The notes under the pieces are model-generated. The model searched no databases, was not told the origin of the DNA, and saw only the letters and a program-made list of their open reading frames with translations. A program made the position numbers and the translations under genes. Shown here in pieces: positions 53,247 to 64,000 of a DNA stretch of 64,000 bases. Each line of letters starts with the position of its first letter. Positions within the stretch are counted from its first letter, which is position 1. The stretch comes from the human T2T-CHM13v2.0 reference genome, Homo sapiens: assembly GCF_009914755.1 (NCBI RefSeq), contig NC_060948.1; one strand, given 5' to 3'.

Positions 53247-55559
53247 CATTCCTTTTCTTTTCTCTAACCTTGTCTTCATGTTTTATTTCAGTAAGCTCTT
53301 CTTCAACCTCTAATATCCTTTCTTCCACCTGATTAATCTGGATATTGATACTTGTGTATGCTTCACAAAGGTTTTAGCACTGTTTTTCAGCTCCTTCAGG
53401 TCATTTATATTCTTCTCTAAACTGGGTATTCTAGTTAGCAATTTCTGTCACCTTTTATAAAGGTTCTTAGCTTTCTTGCATTGGGTTAGCACATGTTCCT
53501 TTAATTCAGAGGAGTTTTTTATTACCCACCTTCTGAAGTCTACTTCTATCAACTCATGAAACTCATTCCCCATCCAGTTTTCTGCCCTTGCTGGAGAGGA
53601 ATTTCAATCATTTGGAGAAGATGAGGTATTCTGGTTCCTTAAATTTTCAGCATGTTTTTTGTTTTTTTTTTCTTATCTTCATGGATTTATCTGCCTTTGC
53701 TCTTTGAGGCTGATGATCTTTGGACAGGTTTTTTTAGTGGGGGTCCTTTTGTTGATGGTGATATTGTTTCTTTCTGTTTGTTTTTTTCTAACGGTCAGGT
53801 CCCTCTTCTGCAGGTCTGCTGCAGTTTGCGGGAGGTCCACTCCAGACCCTGTTTGCCTGGGTGTCACCAGTGGAGGCTGCAGAACAGAAAGGATTGCCAC
53901 CTGCTCCTTCCTCTGGAAGCTTCATCCCAGAGGGACACTGGCCTGATGCCAGCCACAGCTCTCCTGTACAAGGTGTCTGTCTACTCCTGTTTGGTGGTAT
54001 CTCCCAGTTAGGAGTCATGGGTGTCAGGGACCTACTTGAGCAGGTAGTCTGTCCCTTAGCAGAGCTGGAGCACTGTGCTGGGAGAATCCTTCTTGACAGA
54101 TGCTGCTCTCTTCAGAGATGGCAGGCAAGAATATTTAAGTATGCTGTTGCTGGGCACATAGCCAGCCCTTTCCCCATGTGCTCTTTTTCCACGGAGATGG
54201 GAGTTTGTCTATAATCCCTTGAATGGGGCTACTGCCTTTCTTTCAGAGATGCCCTCCCTAGTGAGGAGGAATCTAGAGAGTCAGTCTGGCCACAGCCGCT
54301 TTGACATGCTTTGGTGAATTCTGCCCAGTATGAACTTCCTAGCCTCCTTAGCACTGTCAGGGGAAAACTGTCTACTCCATCCTCAGTAATGGTGGATGCC
54401 TCTTCCCCAACCAAGCCTGATCATCCCAGGTTGACTTCATGCTGCTCTGTTGGCAGCAAGAATTTCAAGCCAGTGGTTCTTAGGGTGCTGACTCCATGGG
54501 AGTGGGACCCACTGAGCAAGACCACTTGGCTCTCTGGCTTTAGCCCTCTTTCCAGGGGAGTAAATGGTTCTCTCACTGGGGTTCCAGGTTCCACTGGGAA
54601 AAACAAACAGACAGACAAACAAACAGCAACAACAAAAACAAAAAAGCTGAAGCTAGCTTGGTGTCTACAGCCACCCAGTTTTATGCTTGAAACCGAGGGC
54701 CCTGGTGGTGTAAGCACACAAGGGAATTTTCTGCTCTCTAGATTGAAGATCCCATGGGAAAACTGTAGTATCTGGGCCAGGTAGCACAGTGTTTCATGGC
54801 TTCCTTGGTAGGGCAGAGATTGGTTCCTGGCTTCTTGTACTTCTCTGGTGAGATAATGCCCTCTCTTGCTTTCTGCTCACTGTCCATAGGCTTCGCCCAC
54901 TGCCTAAACATTCCCAATGAGATTAACTGGGTACCTCCTTTGTAAATGTAGAGATTATCCATTCACTTTCTGCATTGGTCTCAATGGAAGCAGCAAACTG
55001 GAGCTGTTCCTATGTGGCCATCTTGTCAGATCTCCCTGTAATTCTTGTCTTATTAAATTGTCTTAACAGAATTATCCACTGACAATGTCAATGTATCAGA
55101 AATATATGAGTTTATTTATTTGTTAATTTTTCATTCAACTACATATTTCTTTGTGTACACACTTTGAGTAGTTCTTCATTTAAATAATTGTAGTTATTTA
55201 GTAATACTTAGTAATATTAGCAGTAAAGAAATATGAACAAGAGTTTCTTTTCTTCTCAACAATTTTGGCTAACCAGACATCAATATAAATTTTATAAGAT
55301 AATTTTTTAGTTCTGCAATGGAGAAACAAATTAGAGATTGACAGATTTATATAAAATTTAAAATAAAAATTTTCAATTCTGCACAGAAAAGTACAGCAAT
55401 ATGCTAGAAAAATATTAAGTTTGCAAATAAATTTGAAAAAAGATTTGCACTTTAAACATGTTAAATCTTAGAATTTGGGATCCAAATACATTGTTCTACA
55501 TTTAGTTCTTTTTTATACTTCATATAATATTTTGTACTTTTAGTATACAATTATCACAA

Positions 55560-56160
55560 CATGTATACATTTTTAATATTGATTTTATTATTTTTGTGTT
55601 ATTCTAAATAAAATTATCTCTATAGTTTTGTTTCCATATTGTAGATTACTAGAGTTTAGAAACATTTCATTTAGGTGTTGATTTTTAATACTTGTATCTA
55701 TGCATTAAAATATGCAAAATTTATATGAACGTAATTTATATTACTTTTTACATTTTTTTCTAATGACTTAGGCTAGAAGTTCCAAGGCAAAGTTAAGTGA
55801 AAGTAAAAAAAACAACGCATCCTCATTCCACATCTTATTTAAAAGTAAGCTTCCACTTAGCACTACTGAAGAAAAGAATACCTGTGAATTATAGTGCTCT
55901 CTATGAGAGAGGAAATTTTCCTTTCATTTCTAGTTTATTTACTTTTAATAATAAATGTTATATTTTTTGAAAATGTTTGTTGTATAAGCTATGATTATAC
56001 TGTTCCTTATTATATTCTTATTCTGCATTGCATTTATTGGTTTTATAACTAATTTGTTATAAATTATTTAGGTACGTGACTCTTTTGGAAGGTATGTAAG
56101 CCTTGAGGTGTTGATGGATTTTAATTGTTAAGCATCCAATGTGATTCTTTATTGACAAAA
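55560..56160 (-). mobile_element. Ancient L1 ORF2 fragment
   Basis: GGCTAGAAGTTCCAAG..GCATCCTCATT..CTTATT..TTTCATTTCTAGTTTA, very diverged. Confidence 0.6.
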
Positions 56161-56652
56161 TGTATCTGGGTATGCATTTATTAACTCTGCATTTTATATG
56201 TTATTTATTTATTTAATTTTTGCTAAGTTCAGAGAATAGAGTATACATGCAGGTGTGTTACATGGGTATGTTGTGTACTATTGAGTTTTGGCCTTTAGTG
56301 TGCCCATCACTCAATTACTAAATGTTGTTTTGAATACTTTTTAACTCCCACTTTCCTTCTGTACTCTCCTTTTTTGATGTCTCTAGTGTTTATTATATCC
56401 CTCTATATGGCCATGTGTACTCATCGTTCACCTTCCACTTACATGTAAAAACATATGGTAAGTGATTTTCTGATTTTGAGTTATTTTACTAAAGATAATT
56501 GTTTTTAGCTCTGTGGATGTGATTGCAAAAACTGTAACATTATTGTAAATATTTATGGTTATGCAGTATTAAATCATGTATAGACACCACATTTTCATAT
56601 TTTCAATTCAATCATACTTTGATGGAAACTTGGGTTAATTCCATGACCTTAC

Positions 56653-56714
<62 letters not shown>
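56653..56714. repeat. (TA)n microsatellite at the Alu tail
   Basis: TATATA..TGTATGTA..TATATA. Confidence 0.95.
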
Positions 56715-56732
<18 letters not shown>

Positions 56733-56899
56733 TTTGAGACAGTCTCTCTCTGTCACCATGCTGGAGTGCAGTGGTGAGATCTGGCTCACTACAACCTCTC
56801 CCTCCTAGTCAGGATGGTCTTGATCTCTTCACCTCGTGATCTGCCTGCCTTGGCCTCCCAAAGTGCTGGGATTACAGCATGAGCCACTGCACTCAGCCA
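56715..56899 (-). mobile_element. AluSc-like with an internal deletion of roughly 120 bp
   Basis: CAACCTCTCCCTCC joined directly to TAGTCAGGATGGTC; TSD ACCTT(A/G)CTAT. Confidence 0.9.
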
Positions 56900-57619
56900 A
56901 CCTTGCTATTTTGAATGGTGCCATGATAAACACAGCAATGCAGCTATGTGTTTGATATAACTCCTCTCACCACCACCACTTTGAGTAGATATCTAGTTGT
57001 GGCATTGCTGGGCCAAATGGTAGTTCTATTTTTATTTCTTTGAAAAATTTTCAACTGTTTAAATAAGAATTGAGCTAATTTTATTCTCAGGAACACTATA
57101 TCATTATTCTATTTTTCTGCAATTTAGCCAGTGTTTGTTGATTTCTGAATTTTTGTAATAGTTATTCTGACTGCTGTGAAATATCTCACTGTGATTTTGA
57201 TTTTTCTGCCTCTGATGATTAACAATGTTGAGCATTTTTTATCTATTTGTTGTTCACTTGTATGTTGTCTTTTGGGAAATATCTGCTCATGACTTTTGCC
57301 CACAGAATGTTTTCTTTTCCTGGTTAGTTATTTGAGTTTCTTCTAGAGTCTGGACATTAGCCCTTGTAGGAAATATTTTTTGCCTTTTTTTTTTTTAATA
57401 TTCTACAGGTTATCTGTTTACTGTGTTATTGATTTGCCGTACTGAAGCTTATTAGTTTAGTTGTTGCATTTGTTCCTGTATTTGTTGCATTTGCTTTTGA
57501 GGTCTTAGCCATAAATATCTTTAAACTGTATTATTAAATAACACATTGTATGACTTATCTGTTTTATCTACAGTACATAAAAATTGTACTATTAAATAAT
57601 AAAGTGTATTATTTATCTG

Positions 57620-58880
57620 TTTTACATACTGTTGGTTTTGCTTTGCTGGTATTTTGAGAATTTTTGCACTTAGGTTTATTGGAGACATTGGTCTGTAGCT
57701 TTCTCTTCTTGTATTTGTTTTGTTTTGTTTTTGTCTGGTTTTTATATTGAAATAACACCTGCCTTCTATGAGTTAGGAATAATTTTCTCTTCCTCAATAT
57801 TTGAAATGTTTGCAGGAGGATTGGTATTAGTTTATCTTTGCATGTTTTGTAATATTTTGCTGTGAATCCATCTGCATCAAGGCTTTTTTTTTTTTTTTTG
57901 TCGGGTGGAAGCATGAATACTTGTTATTCAAGTGTTCAGGTTTCCGGTTTCCTCCTGGGTCAATCATAACAGGTTGTGTGTTTTCAGTAATTTGTTCATT
58001 TTCTCTAGATTTACTTGTTTGACAGTTAATAGTTGTCACAATGCATCTGGTAATCCTTTGTATTTCTGTGGTATCACTTGTAATGTCTTTTTTATTTGTT
58101 TTTAATTTATTTATTATTATTCATTTATCTTTATTTATTTACTGTTTATTTTGTGTTTGAGTATTCTTGATTGGCTTACTTGCAATTTACTAATTGTGTT
58201 TGTATTTTCAAAGAAATAGGTTTTATTTTGATCTTTAAAAAAATTTTAGTTGCTATTTGATTTAGTTCTTCTGCCTTTATTTCCATTATTTATTTTCTTC
58301 AGCTATTTTTGGGTTTGTCATGTTATTTCTTTTCCAGTTTCATGATCTGTGTTATAAGACTGTTAATTGGTAATCATTCTTCCTTTTCAATGTAGGCATT
58401 AAATATGTTAAACTTCCTGCTTAGCAGTTTTGCTGTATTCCACAAGTTTTGGTACATTGTGTTTTCCTTTTTGTTTGAGAAAATGTTTTTATTTTCATCT
58501 TAATTTTTTACAGAGTCAGTGATCATTTCACATCATGTTTTTCAATTTTTATTTATTTGTGTAATTTCCAAAAATTATCTTACTATTGATTACTAGTTTT
58601 ATTCCATATTTAGTTAACAATATAATAATTTCAGTTTATTTGAATCCCTAAAATTTGCTTTGTGTTCTATTCTTGAGAATGTTGCATATGCTGAGAAGAA
58701 TGTGTATTCTACAGATGCTGGAGGAAATGTTCTGCAAATATCTATTACATTTATTTGCCCTATTGTATAAAGTAATGATTGTGATTCTTTTTAAATTTTT
58801 ATTCTAGATTATCTGCCTTCTAGATAATGAAATTGTAAAAGTCTGTTTTGTGATAAAAATGTCTTGAAGCCTTCAGCTGA
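57620..58880 (-). mobile_element. L1M ORF2 segment
   Basis: ORF track DADGFTAKYYKTCKDKLIPILL; TGCTGAGAAGAATGTGTATTCT. Confidence 0.88.
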
Positions 58881-58899
58881 TCTTTAGGATTTTACTCTA

Positions 58900-59690
58900 T
58901 TGTTTAAAATGTATAAATTTAAGTGTACAATGCAATTTTATTACATGATCATATTGTGTAGTGATAAAGTCATGGTTTTAGTGTATTAATCATCTGAATA
59001 ATGTACATTGTACTCATTAAGTATGTCTCATCAACCAAGCTCTTTCCATCCTTCCACATTTCTGACTCTCCAATGTGTATCATTCTATACTTTATGCCCA
59101 TGCTTACAATATTGTGAATATACAGTATTTGACTTTATGTTTCCAAGTTTGTTTGTTTTAGATCATGGCCTCCAGTTTTATACATGTCAATAGAGAGGAC
59201 ATGACTTTATTCTTTTCTATAATGAAATTGTATTTTATTATGTTTATGTAGCATATTTGTTTAATCTAATTATATGGTGATAATCAGTTTAGGTAATTCT
59301 ATTGTTTTACTACTGTGAATAATGCTGCAATACTTATATGATATGTATTTTATATAATGATTTTAATATCTTTGATAGATACCCAGTAGTGGGATTGCTG
59401 GAACAAGTGGTACTTACAGTTTTAGTTCTTTGATAAATAACCATTCTGTTTTTCATAGAGCTTATACTAATCTATATTCCCACCAACAGTATTAAGCATT
59501 CTTTCTTAGCATCCTCATCATCTGTTTTTCTTTTTATGTAATAGCCATTTTGAGTGGTGTAATATGATATCTATCTTACGGTGGTTTTAGTTTGCATTTC
59601 TTTGATCATTAGTGATGTTGAACATTGGCTTATATGCATGCTGGCCTTTGGATGTCTTCTTTTGATAAATGACTATTCATATTATTAATA
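58900..59690 (-). mobile_element. L1PB4/L1MA1-age 3' end
   Basis: ATTGTGTAGTGATAAAGTC..GAATAATGTACATTGTAC.CATTAAGTA; GATAGATACCCAGTAGTGGGATTGCTGG. Confidence 0.85.
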
Positions 59691-59694
59691 GCTT

Positions 59695-60716
59695 TTATTA
59701 TCCTTTCAAAACTTAAATTTTGGTTTTCACAAACACATGAAGGTTTCTTACACAGTTAAACTCAGGTCATAGGGATGAGTTGTAAAGATTATTTCATCAC
59801 CTGGAAATTAAGCCCAATACCCAATAGTTATCTTTTCTGCTTGTCTCCCTTTTTCTTCCCACCATCCTCAAGTAGACCCCACTGTCTGTTATTTCCTTCT
59901 TTGTTTTAACAAGTATTACTTAGCCCTAACCTTTGATGAAAACTATTGGTTTTCTCTTCCAGCATTAGCTTACTCAGATTAATACCCTCCATCTCCATCC
60001 ATGTGCCTGCAAAAAAAAAACATAATCTTGCTTTTTTATATGTATATTGGCATAGTATTCCATGGTATATATATGCCATATTGCTTTATTCTATCATTAA
60101 TGAACATTTATATTAATATCATGTCTTTGCTATTGTAAATACTGCTGCTATGAATATTCATGTGTATGTCTCTGTGTGGTAGGATGATTTATGTATCATC
60201 CTTTGGTACACACTTAGTCATAAAATTGCTTAGCCAAATGGTAGTTCTGCTTTTAGCCTTTTGCAGAATCACAATACTGCTTTCCACAATGCTTGAACTA
60301 ATTTATGCACCCACAAACAGTGTATATATGTTTCCCTTTCTCTGCAGTCTTGCCAGCATCTGTTACTATTTCACTTTTTAGTAATAGCTTTTCTGACAGC
60401 TGTGAGATTGTATCTTATTGTGGTTTTGATTTGCATTTATCTAATCATCACTGATATTGAGCTTTTTTTATACATGATTATTGGCAGCATGTATGTCTTC
60501 TTTTAAAAAAAATCTGTTCATGTCCTTTTCCCATTTTTAATGGGGTTTTCTATTGGAATTGTGTTAAAGTTCTTTATAGATGTTGGGTATTAGACTTTTT
60601 CAGATGCATAGTTTGCAAAATTTTTCAGATTTTTGTCAGATGCACAGGTTGCAAAATTTTCTCCCATTCTGTAGGTTGTCTGTGTACTCTGTTGATAGTT
60701 TCTTTTGCTGTACAAA
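59695..60716 (-). mobile_element. L1PA15-like 3' end
   Basis: AGATTATTTCATCACC..ATTAAGCCCAATACCCAATAGTTATCTTTTCTGCT..CTCAAGTAGACCCC. Confidence 0.88.
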
Positions 60717-60799
60717 GTAACATTTTAATGGTTTTATTTGTTTTTCCTGTTGCTTGAGTTTATTATATATTCTAGATATCAGTGTATTTCTTTTGTTTC

Positions 60800-61710
60800 T
60801 ACCCTGACCTTTGTAATTTATAATTTTCTACACATTGTGAGTAGTTTCATTTTGTTTTCCTAAAACTCTGAGTTGTCTTATTTGACTTTTTAGAGCTTTT
60901 TACTTTTAAGTGTTGGAATTTGTTGCTATCAACTTTTCTATTTTAGCGATATTTGATTTTTCTTTTTAATTTTATATATTGTGTTTACTTTTTTATTTGT
61001 CTCAACATTTAAACATTTTTATTTTTACTTTTTTTGGTTCATTGATTTTTCAGGAGCATGCTATTTAATTTTTACATATCTGTAAATTTCTGTAGTTTCT
61101 AATGTTTACTTTTATATTTTTAACTTTATAGTGTTATTTAATTGTGGTACAAATAGATATTAAATGTGATCTTGTTAAGTTTGTTGTGACTTGTTTTTTG
61201 TCCTAACATATAATCTATTCCACAAAATTTTCAAAGTGCAGGTTAGAATAATGTGTCTTCTACAGCATTTGGAGGAGAGGCTTTTATCTATTTCTGTTGG
61301 CTCCATTTTATCTAGAGCACAGTTTAAATCAGGTTTTGTGATTAAATCAAGTTGTGTTCATTGTCTGTGAATTATCTGACTTGCTGAAAGTGAGAGATTT
61401 AAGTGCCCTGCTATTTTAATATTGCAGTATTTCTTTAATTGTGATAATATTCTTTATCACAGTTTCTTTAATAGCTATAATGTTTACTTCATACATCCAA
61501 ATGTACCATTGTTGGGTGATCATATATTTACACTGATTATATTTTTTTTCCAAATAGATCACATTGTCATGGTATCATGACCTTGTCCTTCTTACAGTTT
61601 TTCACAAAGTTTGTTTTATCTAATATAAATATAGTTACTTCTGTTTGCTTTGGATTTGCACTTTATGGAATAATTTTTTACATTCTTTCACTTTTTGGCT
61701 ATACATTTTC
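60800..61710 (-). mobile_element. Old L1M ORF2 (endonuclease region) fragment
   Basis: TTCAGGAGCATGCTATTTAATTT; TCCTAACATATAATCTATT; GTTTTATCTAATATAAATATAG. Confidence 0.8.
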
Positions 61711-61804
61711 TGAGAAGAAAGATGATAAAATAAATATTTTAAGAAATATATCCAGCTCTACAGATTATGTTTTATGTAATTCACCCAGTTAAAATACACA
61801 ATGT

Positions 61805-62126
<322 letters not shown>

Positions 62127-62392
62127 TCACATATATGTGCAGCCATCAACATACTTTGTTTACAAACATTTTCATGTAAAATTAAGTGAAGAAATATTAA
62201 AATATTATATTCCTTTCTCCAGTCACATCTCAATCTTAATGAAGGATTAATTTGTTTTCTGCACGTATAACCTTTTTGTTTTTCTGTGTTCCATTCATTT
62301 TATAAGGATATGATAATATTTGGCCATTGGAATTGATGTTATAATGGCTGAAAAGCAGCATTTCAAACATAACTCATCCACTTAAAAAATAA

Positions 62393-62706
<314 letters not shown>

Positions 62707-62744
62707 TTTGAATATTTTATCCAAAAATAATATTGGAATTTAAC

Positions 62745-64000
62745 AGAGGAGTGACATTAAATAGCAAGAATTAGGAAGGAAAAAGTGAAAAGGCAGCCTG
62801 CTTGACCAGTAATGGCCAGGAGCTGGGAGTGAATTCCCACTCTCTGGAAAGGGTGAAAAAGCAGCTTTCTGTAGTCTGTGTTTTTGTTTTGTTTTTTGTT
62901 TCATCAAGTCATTTTATAATTCAGGCCACAGGACAGCACTTTAACCTTCTCTGTCACTGAATCCAATGTAGAAAGTTTCCAGACTTTGAGAAGAAACTGC
63001 TCCAGAGAGAGAGTTCATCATGAGCCCTGTGTCTTTTGTAAAATATAAGTGGCTATAACAAAGCTACACATTTGTCACTGACTCACCACTACTGTGTGCT
63101 GTCTCAGGTCCCAGAATTGCCCGTTCTAAGCACTAAGAAAATTCAGGTTATTGTTTGTGAAACAGATGCATGGACAGGGTGAGCTCCTGTGGAAGACTGC
63201 AGGAGCTCAATGTGGGCTTAGTCATCAGTGCTAGAAAATGGGTGCCACTTCCAGAACTTAAATGAGACACAGTAGCCATGCAGGCTTGGTTTTAATACAA
63301 TGGCAGGCAGTGGGAAGTTTCTAGCATCCATGAGAAAGTTATAGACTAGGCATGGATTGCTGGGCTATACAGGTCAAACATATCTGCTGTGACAGCTAGG
63401 TCTGAGAAGACCCTGTAGGACTGAGGTGAGACAGAAATGCCTATTTCCCTCTCATTAGCCAAGGCTCTGATTGCTGAAGCTGGCCCCATTGTCTACATAG
63501 AAGCTGCCAATCTTCATCTGAGAATTTAGGCAAGTCTGAGGGACATCTTTCCCATGACCTTCATGGCTGGTGCATGCACTCACCATTAGGGAGACTGAGA
63601 GCAAAATTTTTCAGTTAGGCTCTGCTTGGCTTTGCCCCCATCTACCAAGAAAAAGTACACGGTCTGTGGCCTGGGGATTGTACAACAGAATCCACGAAGT
63701 GAGAAACCCAAGAACATCTCCTGGGGAACTGATGATGGGCCTAAATGCCTGATCACTCAAAATATTCCATCATATTAGCTGGTTCCTATATAAGGGCACC
63801 ATCTGCTGGCCCAGAAAACAAATTAACACCCAAATATCTAATTGCAACCACTGCGAACAAGAGAGCACTGTGCTTGAGATGGAGCAGAATACCTCACCAT
63901 TTCTAACACAATCACTTACTCTATGCCACTGAATCAGGGGCTCAAGAGCCTGCTTACCTGACTAGTTCATCAGTATCGTAACCAACACCTGAGAAAACCA
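62745..64000 (+). mobile_element. Probable L1M 5' UTR region
   Basis: GAATTTAACAGAGGAGTGAC..GGCAGCCTGCTTG..CCTGGGG..GAG.C repeated units, resembling L1MA-age 5' UTRs; diverged. Confidence 0.55.

Larger units (their letters stand above)
56200..57522 (-). mobile_element. L1PB/old L1PA 3' end
   Basis: TACATGCAGGTGTGTTACATGGGTATGTTG..TTAGTGTGCCCATCAC..TTGAGTTATTTTACTAAAGATAAT. Confidence 0.88.

Noticed and set aside
53652-54962. Cluster of overlapping ORFs (up to 157 aa), possible ORF0-like product
   Set aside because: GC-richer L1 5' UTR with few stops; no evidence of an intact ORF0 or an active promoter, and CpGs are decayed

Overview
Primate genomic DNA, probably human and, by inference, Y chromosome. 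It consists almost entirely of nested, decayed transposable elements: L1PA/L1PB/L1M LINE-1s, 16 Alus, MaLR LTRs and several class I ERVs. No intact protein-coding gene is present; the supplied ORFs are fragments of L1, Alu or ERV sequence, or chance ORFs. Main landmarks: (1) a full-length, inactivated ~9.8 kb HERV-ERI-group provirus at 43486-53246 (-), with tRNA-Pro PBS, ERV3-like env and a 4-bp CATT TSD, inserted in ORF1 of an L1PA8-like element; (2) a 5'-truncated processed pseudogene of NEFL at 23931-25414 (-); (3) an L1PA7 with a twin-priming 5' inversion; (4) an old ERV env remnant. Smaller oddities include a Y3-RNA-tipped retroposed fragment inside an L1, a fold-back hairpin in an L1PB, an Alu that duplicated the proviral TATA-like box, and a mosaic Alu. 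I found no credible new biological system; the findings are evolutionary or mechanistic. Repeat subfamily names come from recalled consensus sequences, and many boundaries are approximate.
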